This document shows positions 14,780-25,975 of a stretch of 64,000 bases of DNA, piece by piece. A model generated the notes under the pieces. That model was not told the origin of the DNA. It was given only the letters and a program-made list of their open reading frames with translations, and did not search any database. Each line of letters starts with the position of its first letter. Position 1 is the stretch's first letter. This stretch comes from Octopus vulgaris (Eukaryota). Made by a program: the position numbers and the translations under genes. The stretch is taken from NCBI GenBank assembly GCA_951406725.2, contig OX597821.1, forward strand, positions 28,644,001 through 28,708,000, written 5' to 3'.

Positions 14780-16722
14780 GGGAAACTGATATAAAACCAG
14801 GTCTTTGGTTGCTGAGGGTCTCCTTAACAAAGTTGTACTATCAGCAAAATCTGACTCATAGGGTAGACTAAGCTCTCTCGCTTGTTTATAGCGGTTCATC
14901 TAGTGGGTGGAAACCTCTGAAGAAAAAAAACCTGAGGTATGTTGTTCTTGGTATTAAGGGACATAACATATGTGCACCATATTCTTGATATCATCACTTC
15001 CAAAAAGTGCGGCTGGTTCTACACAAGCCTTCAACACTCAAATCAAATCATAGGTGTGTGATTTCTGGCAACTTACATTTATTCATTCAATACAGCACGG
15101 CTTCAACTTGAAAAGAATCAAAGGGTCCTCTGGTGAGATAGTGAAAGCGGCAATGACAGGTAAAAGATATTACTGGAAGTCTCTTGCTGGATCTCCACAA
15201 CGTCGGTGACAATTGGATAAAGGTTATTCCAGAACAGGATTTGTGAGTAACTGTGCTTTCTGTATCCTTCAGTTGTGGCAAAGTAGGTCTGTCTAGACAG
15301 AGAACAGCTTTGTCCAACAGGAGGAGAGGCGAGAAAAGGAAACCCAGGCATGGCTTACTCACCTTAAACTTGTCAGCCCGCTGCAGCTGTCTAATTATTC
15401 AGTAACGCAGTAGAAACACGAAGAAATCTAAGAATGTTAACAGTGGTTCTTGGAATGTGCACACTCTCCAAGACAGCCACTCATCACCAGAACGAAAAAC
15501 AACACCGGTTGCCCTTGAGCTGAAGAAATACAACGTTGACATACGTGCACTCAGTGAAACTCAGGATCATCACAGTTAGAAGAAAGTAAAGATGGATACA
15601 TATTTTTCTGGCTTGGAAGAAATGAAGACAAGCCACGCCACTTTGGAGTTGGTTTTGCCATCAAAACAGAAATAGCAAGATCCCTTCTCTCTGCATCACG
15701 ACAATAACGTTAGAACTTGATCACAGCACTCATGCTACGCTTGTCAGTTGCTATGCTCCAGCCATGGCCAGCACTGAGCAGGAAAAGGTGGTTTTTACAA
15801 CCAACTCCGTGCAGTCATCTCCAGTTGTCACCATAGGGATAAAAGTAGCCTTATGGGTGACTTTAACTCTTGTGTTGGTATTGAATAGCAGATATGGGAG
15901 GGTTTACTTGGTCGCCATGGTGTAGGTCAGATGAACTCCAGCGTTCTGCGTGTCATCTCCATCTGCTGGGAATTCAGTCTAAGCATCACAAATGAATATT
16001 TTCAACAGCGAAATTCTTGCAAGAGGACCTGAATGCATTCTAGATCTAAGGGTTGGCACCTCATAGACTATGTTATTAGTAAGAAACGAGATATTAGGGA
16101 CTGTAACATTACACGTTCCTTTCATAACACCTGCTAACTCTCTGACCATTCTCTTCTCCATAGTAAGTCTACGTTCCATCTGAAAAACACACGACTACAA
16201 ACGTCAGCAATACCTAAGAGCATTATTGTTATGCTTTGAAAATTGTTGAAAAACAAGCTGAGCTCTCTATCAAGTTGGACACTGCACTCAAGGCTGTTGA
16301 TATCAATGATGACATACAATCATTTTGGAGAGTTCTGCGTGATGCCACGTATTCTGCATCTGTAGACGTCCTTGAACTTCCTGTTCGTAAACATCAAGAT
16401 TGGTTCGATGATGATATCACAGATGTCGAACAGTTGATAGATAAAGAGTACAGCTCTCGCAAAACATGGATAAAGAAAAGAGAACGCCTTCAAGAAATGC
16501 AGAGGCCAGGTCCAACATGCTCTGAGACATGAAGGAGGCTCGGTGGTCTAAAGAAGCTGTAGACAGAAAAGATTCTTAAGCCTTTTTATAATGGCAGCAA
16601 GAAAGTGTAGGGTCCTCAAGAGCACGGTGTTACACCTATTTTTTCATCGAATACAGACACTGCTGACTGACAAATCTGACATCTTGAAACGATGGGAAAA
16701 TCACTCTGAAGCCGCGTTGAAC
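14780..16722 (+). mobile_element. RTE (BovB-like) LINE 5' portion: 5'UTR plus decayed APE endonuclease and linker
   Basis: From about 15437: SWNVHTLQDSHSSPERKTTPVALELKKYNVDIRALSET, GYIFFWLG, FGVGFAIKT, VSCYAP, MGDFN, WHLIDYVI, RKHQDWFDD, TLLTDKSDILKRWENH. Stops and frameshifts throughout; RT domain absent. Confidence 0.9.
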
Positions 16723-17446
16723 TCTGTCGTTCTTTTCTTCGCCTCTTCCATATCGGCAAATTCCGTAGAACCAGCTTTCGTCACCAGTGATCCTTTCAAT
16801 AAAAGTTCCGGATCGACTTCTACTATTCTTTCAGTTCACTACACGCATTCACCTGACTGCTTTTTGATCATCCTTGAGCAAGCGAAGCACAAAGTCTGCT
16901 ACAAACTCTCTCCATTCGCAATTCTTCACTTTGAATGCATTGGCAGGAGCTCTGGGACACACCAGTCATACCAACAAGTTTGTCAAATGTTCGGTGACGG
17001 ACCTTCAAGATTGGTTCATGAATTTTCATGAGATTTTCATTCATTCGGAGTCGGCAGTCGTTCTGAACTATATTGGTCTTCAATCGACAAGTGAACATTC
17101 CTAAAGCGTGGAGACCACTCCAAAATTTGTGTTTTCCTCATGGCAGCCTCCTTGTAAACTCTCTGAAGCAAAACAACTGTTTCGGACGCCGGTTTCCCCA
17201 GCAGAAAACGGAATTTCCCGGAAGCATACTGTTCCTTCGTTTCGACCATCGCAAAAGTCTACAAGCAGGGTAGATGCACTGCAAAACAAAAATGCACCAC
17301 CTGGTGCACCTGACTTCACTAGATGACGTTAGTCGGAAGACTGATACCTGAAGATTGCATCAAATGGCTTTTAGCGGCGGTTGCCTGACCTACAACGGTC
17401 TTGTCCCACAGACAACGTTTCCAGTTACTTATTTCTGGTACTCTTT
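16723..17446 (-). mobile_element. Internally deleted mariner element
   Basis: ORF 17037..17249 (MVETKEQ..KFRFLLGKPASETVVLLQRVYKEAAMRKTQILEW) is a mariner HTH region. ITGDESWFYG is joined directly to the C-terminal FADMEEAKKRTTE. Confidence 0.85.
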
Positions 17447-17722
17447 GAGTTCATCTTACATTTATGCAAAAGCTGTTAGGTTTAAATTTTCTGGGGTAGG
17501 CTGGGTGGGGCTCTGGTTAACGATAATTAGGTTATAGGGTAGTTTATGATGCAGAGATATGGAAATGTTTTATTAAATAAATTAGGTGTTGTTATTGATC
17601 ATAATTCAGTAATGTATGTAGAAGTTAATGACCAGGTGTATCTCTTTAGGTATGTCAGCTGTAGGTCTTCTTTAGACTGAGATCTAACCAACAACACAAC
17701 CTAAAATTTAATGAATGGAAAT

Positions 17723-17919
17723 AGGAGTGGCTGTGTGGTAAGTAACTTGCTTACCAACCACATGGATCCGGGTTCATTAATATTGCGTGGGACCTTGGTC
17801 AAGTGTCTTCTACTATGTAGAAGACACTTGACCAAGGGCCGACCAAAGTCTTGTGAGTGGATTTGGTAGACGGAAACTGAAAGAAGCCTGCCGTATATAT
17901 GTATATATGTATGTATGTG

Positions 17920-17980
<61 letters not shown>

Positions 17981-18190
17981 ATGTGTTTGTGGTTGTCCCC
18001 ACAACATCGCTTGACAACCGATGGTGGTGTGTTTATATCCCCGTAACTTAGCGATTCGGGAAAAGAGACCGATAGAATAAGTACTACAAAGAATAAGTCT
18101 TGGGGTCGATTTGCTTGACTAAAGGCGGAGCTCCAGCATGGTCACAGTCAAATGACTGAAACAACTAAAAGATTGAAAGGGTAAAAGAAT
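17723..18190 (+). mobile_element. SINE family A (tRNA-like head, CORE-like segment, internal TA/TG microsatellite, LINE-derived tail)
   Basis: High similarity to 22254-22654, 45247-45647 and 58486-58893. Carries a private inverted duplication at 17793-17837. Confidence 0.92.
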
Positions 18191-18381
18191 AATATCTTAC
18201 TATCAGGACGTACACTACAAACTAATTATCATTCAACAGAGGCACCTCCTCCCACCCAACTCATATACCACAGTCAAAGCTATTCCTGCTAAAGAATGAA
18301 TTTAAATATGTGTTACCCAAAAAGTACTGAGAAATCCTTCAATTGAATGAAAAATATTTTGTATGGCTTAACATAAGGATA

Positions 18382-18428
<47 letters not shown>

Positions 18429-18742
18429 CGGGAAAGAAAATAGGGAAAATAAAAGTTGAAAATGCACTGAGAATAGTAAAAATATTTTTTATGAATATAT
18501 GTGAAGCTGTAACTGGTTTCACAGCTTACACTGATTTTCAAAGAGTTCAAATAGAAACACGTAGCTGATGTCACAGCTGTGTTGCTTCTGACTAGTGTTT
18601 GAAGTTACCCCTGTTTTTATTTGAACTTTTGAAAATCAGTGCAAAGTGTGAAACCGGTTAAAGCTACAAATATATTTTTAAATATTTTAACTATACTCAG
18701 TGCAATCTCAACTTCTATTTTTCCTTTGTTTTTGTTTACCCG
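18429..18742. repeat. Imperfect long inverted repeat (about 130-bp arms, about 50-bp spacer) inside TA microsatellite, probably inverted PLE ends
   Basis: Arm 18429-18560 reverse-complements arm 18611-18742 (e.g. cactgattttcaaagagttcaaata versus tatttgaacttttgaaaatcagtg). Confidence 0.8.
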
Positions 18743-18819
18743 CGTGGAATGAAATTACTTTGTTTCCTATGTATGTATATATGTATGTATGTATGTATTC
18801 ATGTATGTACGTATATATG

Positions 18820-18890
<71 letters not shown>

Positions 18891-18927
18891 ATAAATAACA
18901 AAATAAGCAACAGGATATCAAGAGGTG

Positions 18928-19015
18928 ATGCAGTACGACCGTTCCAGGCGGCTCCATTTAATTGAACAATGCAATCATGATATCAATTTAAATGCAGGGC
19001 TATCATCAACTGCAT
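18928..19015 (-). ncRNA. Degenerate type I hammerhead ribozyme within a PLE-like terminal fragment (about 18890-19142)
   Basis: Minus strand: stem I AUGCAG, core UUGAUGA (for CUGAUGA), long stem II (cauuuaaauuga..ucaauuaaaug), GGAA (for GAAA), stem III CGGUCG, GUA site, stem I' CUGCAU. Two core substitutions. Confidence 0.6.
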
Positions 19016-19136
19016 TAATAAATAGAATTTTAATTAGTCGGACAGCAGTAAGCTTCATGGGTTTCTTGGAAGTGTAGTATACAATAGCGACAACATGGAT
19101 TTCTTCCATCTTATTACTCTGTTAAAGTATTTAAGT

Positions 19137-19170
<34 letters not shown>

Positions 19171-19173
<3 letters not shown>

Positions 19174-19960
19174 TTTGATTTTGATTTTTTCTGTTCCAGC
19201 TAATGAGCTGTGGCCATGCTGGGGCACCGCCATTTGGTTTGCTACACGATTTTACCTCACGGATGCTTTTTAGCAAACGCCATCTGATGCATGAGAGAGT
19301 TCGATGCAGCTGCCCTCATCTGCACCTCCTGCCGTGAAGTTGGTACATCAGGGACACCTGACAGGAAGCGATCCAGTCCTACTTTAAAGACATCCGCATC
19401 TACACCATGCAGGTCCCTCAGGTTCTTCGGGAGGATATTAAAGAGCTGTGGGTCTCTGAAGCCCAGGCTATAACAATATCTTGTCCTACATCTTGATGGC
19501 AAATTTGGAGTCCTTGGTACTACGCAGTGGCGCCCGGTTCTGGCATTTGTGTGACTCTCGATGCCAAAGTTTGGGACAAGTCCTTCCAGGATCTTCCAGA
19601 TATATATTATGGCATATCTTTCTCGCCTACGCTCCAGGGCATAGAGCTTTAATCTCTTGAGTCTTTCCCAGTAGCTCATATGCTGCACAGAGGCTATCTT
19701 CTTCGTGTAGCTTCGTTGGATCGCCTCAAGTTCTGTGATCAACTTGACACTGGATGGTGACCATAGCTGAGAGCAATAGTCAAAGTGGCTTAGGACAAGT
19801 GTCTTCCACAGGACCATCATGGTTTCTTGTTCTCTTGTTCTAAAGGTTCTAAGAATCCAGCCGTCTACATTTCATTGCCAGTTTAGCAACATGTACATGA
19901 AAGGTCGCGTCATCACTCATGTGAATACCCAGGTCACGCACTGATCGTGCCTCTAGGATT
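19171..19960 (-). mobile_element. 5'-truncated CR1-group LINE, RT C-terminal region and 3' tail
   Basis: ORF 19257..19820 has DYCSQLWSP, EAIQRSYTKKI and YWERLKRLKLYALERRRERY. The tail ggcggtgccccagcatggccacagc is followed by (AAAATC)n. Related copy at 62085-63105. Confidence 0.88.
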
Positions 19961-20823
19961 GCAATCCCTCCGGATATATATGAATATACCTATCCATATA
20001 TACATCTGAATATATATATATGATTGTGTGTTTATGTGTATTTGTGCTAGTGAATGAGAATGAGGAAAGAATCCATAAAACATGTAAAAGTTGTTTCTTT
20101 TTTTTTCATTTAAGAACATATAGAAATCCGACAATATTTTAAATTCATGGAATCCAGATATAGTAAAACAGGACATAAAGTTGAAACACATGTCTAATTC
20201 GTTTCATTTATGGCTGATTATATGAATAGTGTAAATTTTCCAAGAAAGGTTGTATTGGTCATAATACTTGTGTCCTACGTTATTAGAGACAAACATCCTT
20301 ACAACGTCAGTTGTCTCGTAAACAGTCATCAAACAGTCAACCACTGAACACTTGGACCTCCTCGAAAGCAAATTCGTTGACATTTGTTGTTACTGGGTTT
20401 TGAAGTAGACTTTCTCTCCATTATACTGCTTAATTTTGAAATCAGGTTGTTTCCTGGCTTTTATATGTTCAATGAATATGTCAGATGCAACTACCACGTG
20501 GTAGATTTGTGGTATATAATTCTAACGTCATGCGGCCAACGGTAGTTAAGATGGATTCAAGATCCTGTCGTTCTTACTTGTCCAACTAATTTTAATCAAA
20601 AACAATCGTCAAAACGAATCTGTAGCCAGAGGGACGTGGAATGAGACTGCTCATGAAATTATGTAGTGGCTAAGCGAAGATTTAACCACAATTCCAATTT
20701 TTTCCCTCCTTACACATGTATGCATACATGCACAGAAATATATTTACATGTACGGACACACATTCCGTCAAGGAGGCGCAAATAACTAGACAGATAGACA
20801 GACAGGCAGATAAACACATAAAT

Positions 20824-21165
<342 letters not shown>

Positions 21166-22051
21166 GAGATTAGGCATCTTTGAAAGTCTATACACAACTG
21201 AATCGGTTTCATTCAATTTCTGATAATTTGGATGTATTCTCCAATGAGTGCGGAGGAATTGAACGCCTGCAGAATATATTTTTACTTTAATATGAATCGT
21301 ATTTGGTTAACAATAGCGCCATTGGTTACAAGTTTCCAATATGCCAATCCCTGATTCGATGAATTTCTGACGTCGGGAGAACATATGCCACGCATCGTAT
21401 TTTTATTCAAAAGCGTAGATTTTCTCAGACTGTGTTTACACACACATGCATTCAGAGATAAACAATCATAGACACTCACACATACATATTCATAAACGAA
21501 CAATCCCACACACAAATACACAAATTCACGGACAAACAATCATACACATCCACATACACGATTTGCACAGACAAAAAAATCATACACAGAATCACAATTC
21601 ATAAAATACACATACTCACATACACACATGTATATACACCTATATGCACAAAGACACAGACACACACACACACACAAACATACAACACAAAAGCCAGCAC
21701 AGACGCCGTCTACTAAATTCCATTTACAATTTGCAGCTCAATTTAAAGCTTAGGTGGGAGATATTTTCCAGATGTGGTACTCATTGTTGGATTAGACTCG
21801 GATAGACATTGCTTGGAAACAAACTTCATCATACACACACACTCTCACACACACACACATACACACTCTCACACATTCGTGTCTTTGTCCATGTAAGTAG
21901 AAAGCCGAACATTTGATTGACGAATATTAACTCCTAAAAACTTTCGTTTTTCCCTCCATTTAATTTTTTTTTTATGTCAATGAATTTTTTACTGAAATAC
22001 TTCGTGTATCGACAATGCTTATGAGTTACCGCTGCAATGTATGTTACTTAA

Positions 22052-22250
22052 ATTGGTTTCAAAATTTAGCACAAGGCCAGCAGTTTGGGGGGAGTGATAA
22101 GTCGATTACATCGACTCCAGAAGTCATCTGGTACATATTTCATCGACCACGAAAGGATGAAAGAGACAACCGACCTCCGTGGAATTTGAACTATGTAGGT
22201 AAAGGCAGGCAAAATGTCGCTCATGGTAACAATTCTGCCAGCTCGCTGAC
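22052..22250 (-). mobile_element. SINE family B, older subfamily with alternative tail
   Basis: Family-B head and core plus a tail reading tggtttcaaaatttagcacaaggccagc on the plus strand; similar to 27308-27527. Confidence 0.8.
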
Positions 22251-22253
22251 ATA

Positions 22254-22654
22254 GGCGCAGGAGTGACTGTGTGGTAAGTAGCTTGCTAACCAACCACATG
22301 GTTCCGGGTTCAGTCCTACTGCGTGGCATCTTGGGCAAGTGTCTTCTGCTATAGCCTCGGGCCGACCAATGCCTTGTGAATGGATTTGGTTGACGGAAAC
22401 TGAAAGAAGCCTGTGGTATATATGTATATATATATATATGTGTGTGTGTATGTTTGTGTGTTGTGTTTGTTCCCCTTAACATCACTTGACAACTGATGCT
22501 GGTGTGTTTACGTCCCCGTCACTTAGCGGTTCGGCAAAGAGACCGATAGAATAAGTACCAGGCTTACAAAGAATAAGTCCCGGGGTCGATTTGCTCGACT
22601 ATAGGCAGTGCTCCAGCATGGCCGCAGTCAAATGACTGAAACAAGTAGAAGAGT
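22254..22654 (+). mobile_element. SINE family A, full length
   Basis: ggcgcaggagtgactgtgtggtaagtagc...gctccagcatggccgcagtcaaatgactgaaacaagt; near-identical to 45247-45647. Confidence 0.95.
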
Positions 22655-23264
22655 ATATGTCGCTTTTATTCCTGACACCGAGATAAATTTTGACACTGAA
22701 TACAAAGTAATCTGATAAGATTAGAAGATGGATTAAAACACGCCTTAATTACATTTCGTTTTTGAATTCGGTCTACAATATTCGTGATGAAAACTCATGA
22801 GTTGAGACAAATTACTTGTATTTTAGGCGGCTCATTACCCTAATAATAAACACACGCATTGTTTCAATTTTACATCTCTAGTATTTGTCAACTAAATAAT
22901 TACTTGCGCACTTAATCAGATGGTTAATAAAACTTTTGTTTGTTAACATTAGAACAAAGAAGTGAAATGGAACCTGTGAGCGTGTACGTTTATTACTCGG
23001 ATACTGATATTTCCAAGTTACAACGAAACATTAATTATATTTGAAATCATATGTCCATAGATTATATGCAAGAGGCTTACTACTTAATGATTTTCCAGTT
23101 GAAAACGCTTCTGTCTACCTCCTAAGTGCGTACATGTGTCTTATGTCTCATTGACGACGTCAATGAGGCATAGCATACAAATATAAGTCACTGTCCTTGT
23201 CCTAATAAAGATAATATTTTTCGCTAAGCATATGAATTATTATTACTAATCATTAATTAAATGA

Positions 23265-23691
23265 GGCGGCGAGCTGGTTCAATCGCTAGCTTGCAGGACA
23301 AAATGTTTAAAAGCATTTCATTTGTCTTTACGTTCTGAATTTAAAATCTACTGAGGTAGAATCTAACTTTTATCTTTGGCGTCGATAAAATAAGTACCAG
23401 TCACACACTGGGGTGGATGTAATCGCGCATCCCCTTCCCCAAAATTTCAGACCTCTTGATTGTACAATGAATGAATTAATCAATTGATTAAATCGACAAG
23501 CTGGCAGACTTATTGGTGCATAGGACAAAATGCTTAGCGTCTTCTGGTTGGTTTCGTCCCGAGTTCAAATTATGCTGAGGTCAAATTTGTCTTTCGTCTT
23601 TCTGGAGTACTTGATATAAAGTGCCATTTAAGTATTGTGGTGAAAATAATCGGCTTCCCCTCCCTTTAAAAACTACTGGCACTGTGCCAAA

Positions 23692-23695
<4 letters not shown>
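23265..23695 (+). mobile_element. Two tandem degenerate family-B SINE copies
   Basis: Heads ggcggcgagctgg (23265) and aagctggcaga (about 23498), each followed by a family-B core. Confidence 0.75.
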
Positions 23696-23748
<53 letters not shown>

Positions 23749-23767
23749 ATTATTATTATTATTATTA

Positions 23768-25110
23768 TTGCTCTGGGTCTTATTTCATCCAGACTTCAAG
23801 ATGGAGGAAAAATGGGACGAGGTGACGAGCAGGTTAGCCAATCTTACCCAGAAATGGGCCGAGACGAAGCTGTCCCTGAAAGGTCGAGGGGAGATGTCGA
23901 GTGCGTACATTGCATCCGACATCTATTTCTGCTTGACCATCGTTCCTTGCCACGTTCGCTGGTTGAGAAAACTGGTGCGCTTAGTCTTCCACTTTCTGCT
24001 GAAGGGACGCGTTCCACTGGCCAGGCACTCCATCTGCTGTCAAAAGCCGCTGAATGGTGGCCTGGGAATACCATGGTTACTGATGCGCAGACATGCGCGT
24101 AGGCTATGGCAGCTCCAGCGTTACCTCGACGGTGAGCAGGTGAGGTCACCGTTTGTGAGACTTACTATTCCACAGCTCGTCTCTTTGACTGAGCTGCAAT
24201 CCTGGATTAGGCATAGACCGAGGAGGGACGCTTGGTACCTCGAGTGCCGTCAAGCGGTCACAGCTTTCCAGCAGTCGGGCAATGTGGTCGGTGGAGGTTT
24301 TACTCTAGCGTTCTATACAGGGATAGTGGGGGAAAAGTACGACAACGTTCTTTGGGAATATCTGGACGTCGACGAATATCACCTAACCGGTCTGTTTCGG
24401 GGATACTTTCGGGCCTGGGCCTAAGGATAACTTCCAGAAATCCCTTACCTGATAGAGCTACCGAGGAGTGCTGCACGTTCATATATAACTCTAAAGGCTT
24501 GGAGGAGCTGTCAGCCAGGTGTGTGCAGAGCGACGAAACCGTTCTGCCCGCCTTCGTCCAATGCCCCAACATTGCCCACCTGTGGGTTTATGTCGAACAC
24601 CTGCTGTCGGGTGTAGCACAGATCCGGCTATCAGCTGAATTAATAATGACAATAGCCCAAGCGTCCTCCTTTGGCCGGGAGGGACAGGCAATCTTTATAT
24701 GCCTGGTGGCTGTAGCGATGGAAGTATTATGGTGGACTCGTTTGCAATTGCTAAAGTCAGATACTTCTTCGAGTTTCACTTGAAGAGGAAAGTGAGAGTG
24801 GAGAGGGAAGTCTTGCCTCCTAGCTAGTTTCTCGAAAATTAGGAGAACGTTGGAAAATGGCCAGTGTGCAAGGACCAATATACACCTGTGAAGAAATAAA
24901 AGAACTCTTTCCCTGTTGATCAGGCGTCCGTGGCTTTTGTGAGTTTTTCCACGGAGAACATTAAAGCACCCCACACACTCTTGAAGGTTTTATACTGTTT
25001 AATTATTATTGTTTTTTTTTTCGTATACACTTTATCGTTTATAGCTGTCTTTGATGTTGTGTCGTCATTTTATGTATATTTTTGTTAGCCCTTGTGACCA
25101 ATAACAGAAT
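23768..25110 (+). mobile_element. 5'-truncated Tx1/L1-group LINE (ORF2 C-terminal region and 3'UTR) flanked by (ATT)n
   Basis: ORF 23768..24424 has W..KLSLKGR and CCQKPLNGGLGIP. ORF 24232..24783 has a zinc-knuckle-like CVQSDETVLPAFVQCP..LW. (ATT)n lies at 23693-23769 and 25112-25181. Confidence 0.8.
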
Positions 25111-25112
25111 GA

Positions 25113-25180
<68 letters not shown>

Positions 25181-25181
<1 letters not shown>

Positions 25182-25820
25182 TTGCTGAGTATGATGAAAA
25201 TTGTCGGTTGTCCACAGCCAGCAGACTACTGGTCATGCTTCAAGAACCCTGCGAAGAATTCTTGCAGTTCCAAGCAATGCTGATTTTTGTAGGTATTCTT
25301 CCTTCACTATTGCACCAATCTTTTTAGCCATGCTGGTAGTTGAGCGCTACCTGTAAATGCTCCAATTATTATTGGCATCACGTATACTCACTTCATTGAT
25401 CACAACCATCATATTTCCCACTTCAAATTGTCATAGTTTATTTATTCTTCTTCTTTCACATTAATCGACTGAGAACAATTTTTTGTTTTGCTCGTGTTTT
25501 GCCGCTATTTGTATCAGTTTTCATTGCTTCTGAAGTAGGTATTTTTGCAGTCCTATGGTGGTTATTTTATAGTAGTTTTCCAACTTTATAAGTCCTCTAC
25601 CACCTTCTATACGTTGTATATAGAGACTTTCTATGCCAGATTTTGTGTGATGCATCCTAGATCCTGTCACTATTTTTCTTGTTCATTTAGCGTCCAGTTA
25701 AGGATACTGTAGCTGTAACTTCTAACTGGGACGGCTAAAGTGTTAATACCTATTATCTTGTTTTTAGCATAGAGCCCCGTTTTTAGTATTGATCTAACTC
25801 GTCTGTAGTATTCTTTGTTT
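25181..25820 (-). mobile_element. Internally deleted R4/Dong-like non-LTR retrotransposon fragment in (TAA)n
   Basis: Minus-strand motifs GINTLAVPVRSYSYSILNWT, RMHHTKSGIESLYIQRIEGGRGLIKLE, PIIIGA and LQKSALLGTARILRRVL. Bounded by (ATT)n on both sides. Confidence 0.78.
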
Positions 25821-25892
25821 ATTATTATTATTATTATTATCATTATTTATTTCTTCTTCTTCTTTTTCTTCTTCTTCTTCTTCTTCTTCTTC

Positions 25893-25975
<83 letters not shown>
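25820..25975. repeat. (ATT)n/(CTT)n trinucleotide microsatellite
   Basis: Direct inspection. Confidence 0.95.

Noticed and set aside
23768-24783. ORFs of 218 and 183 aa as a host gene
   Set aside because: They are frameshifted pieces of a Tx1/L1-group ORF2 C-terminus.
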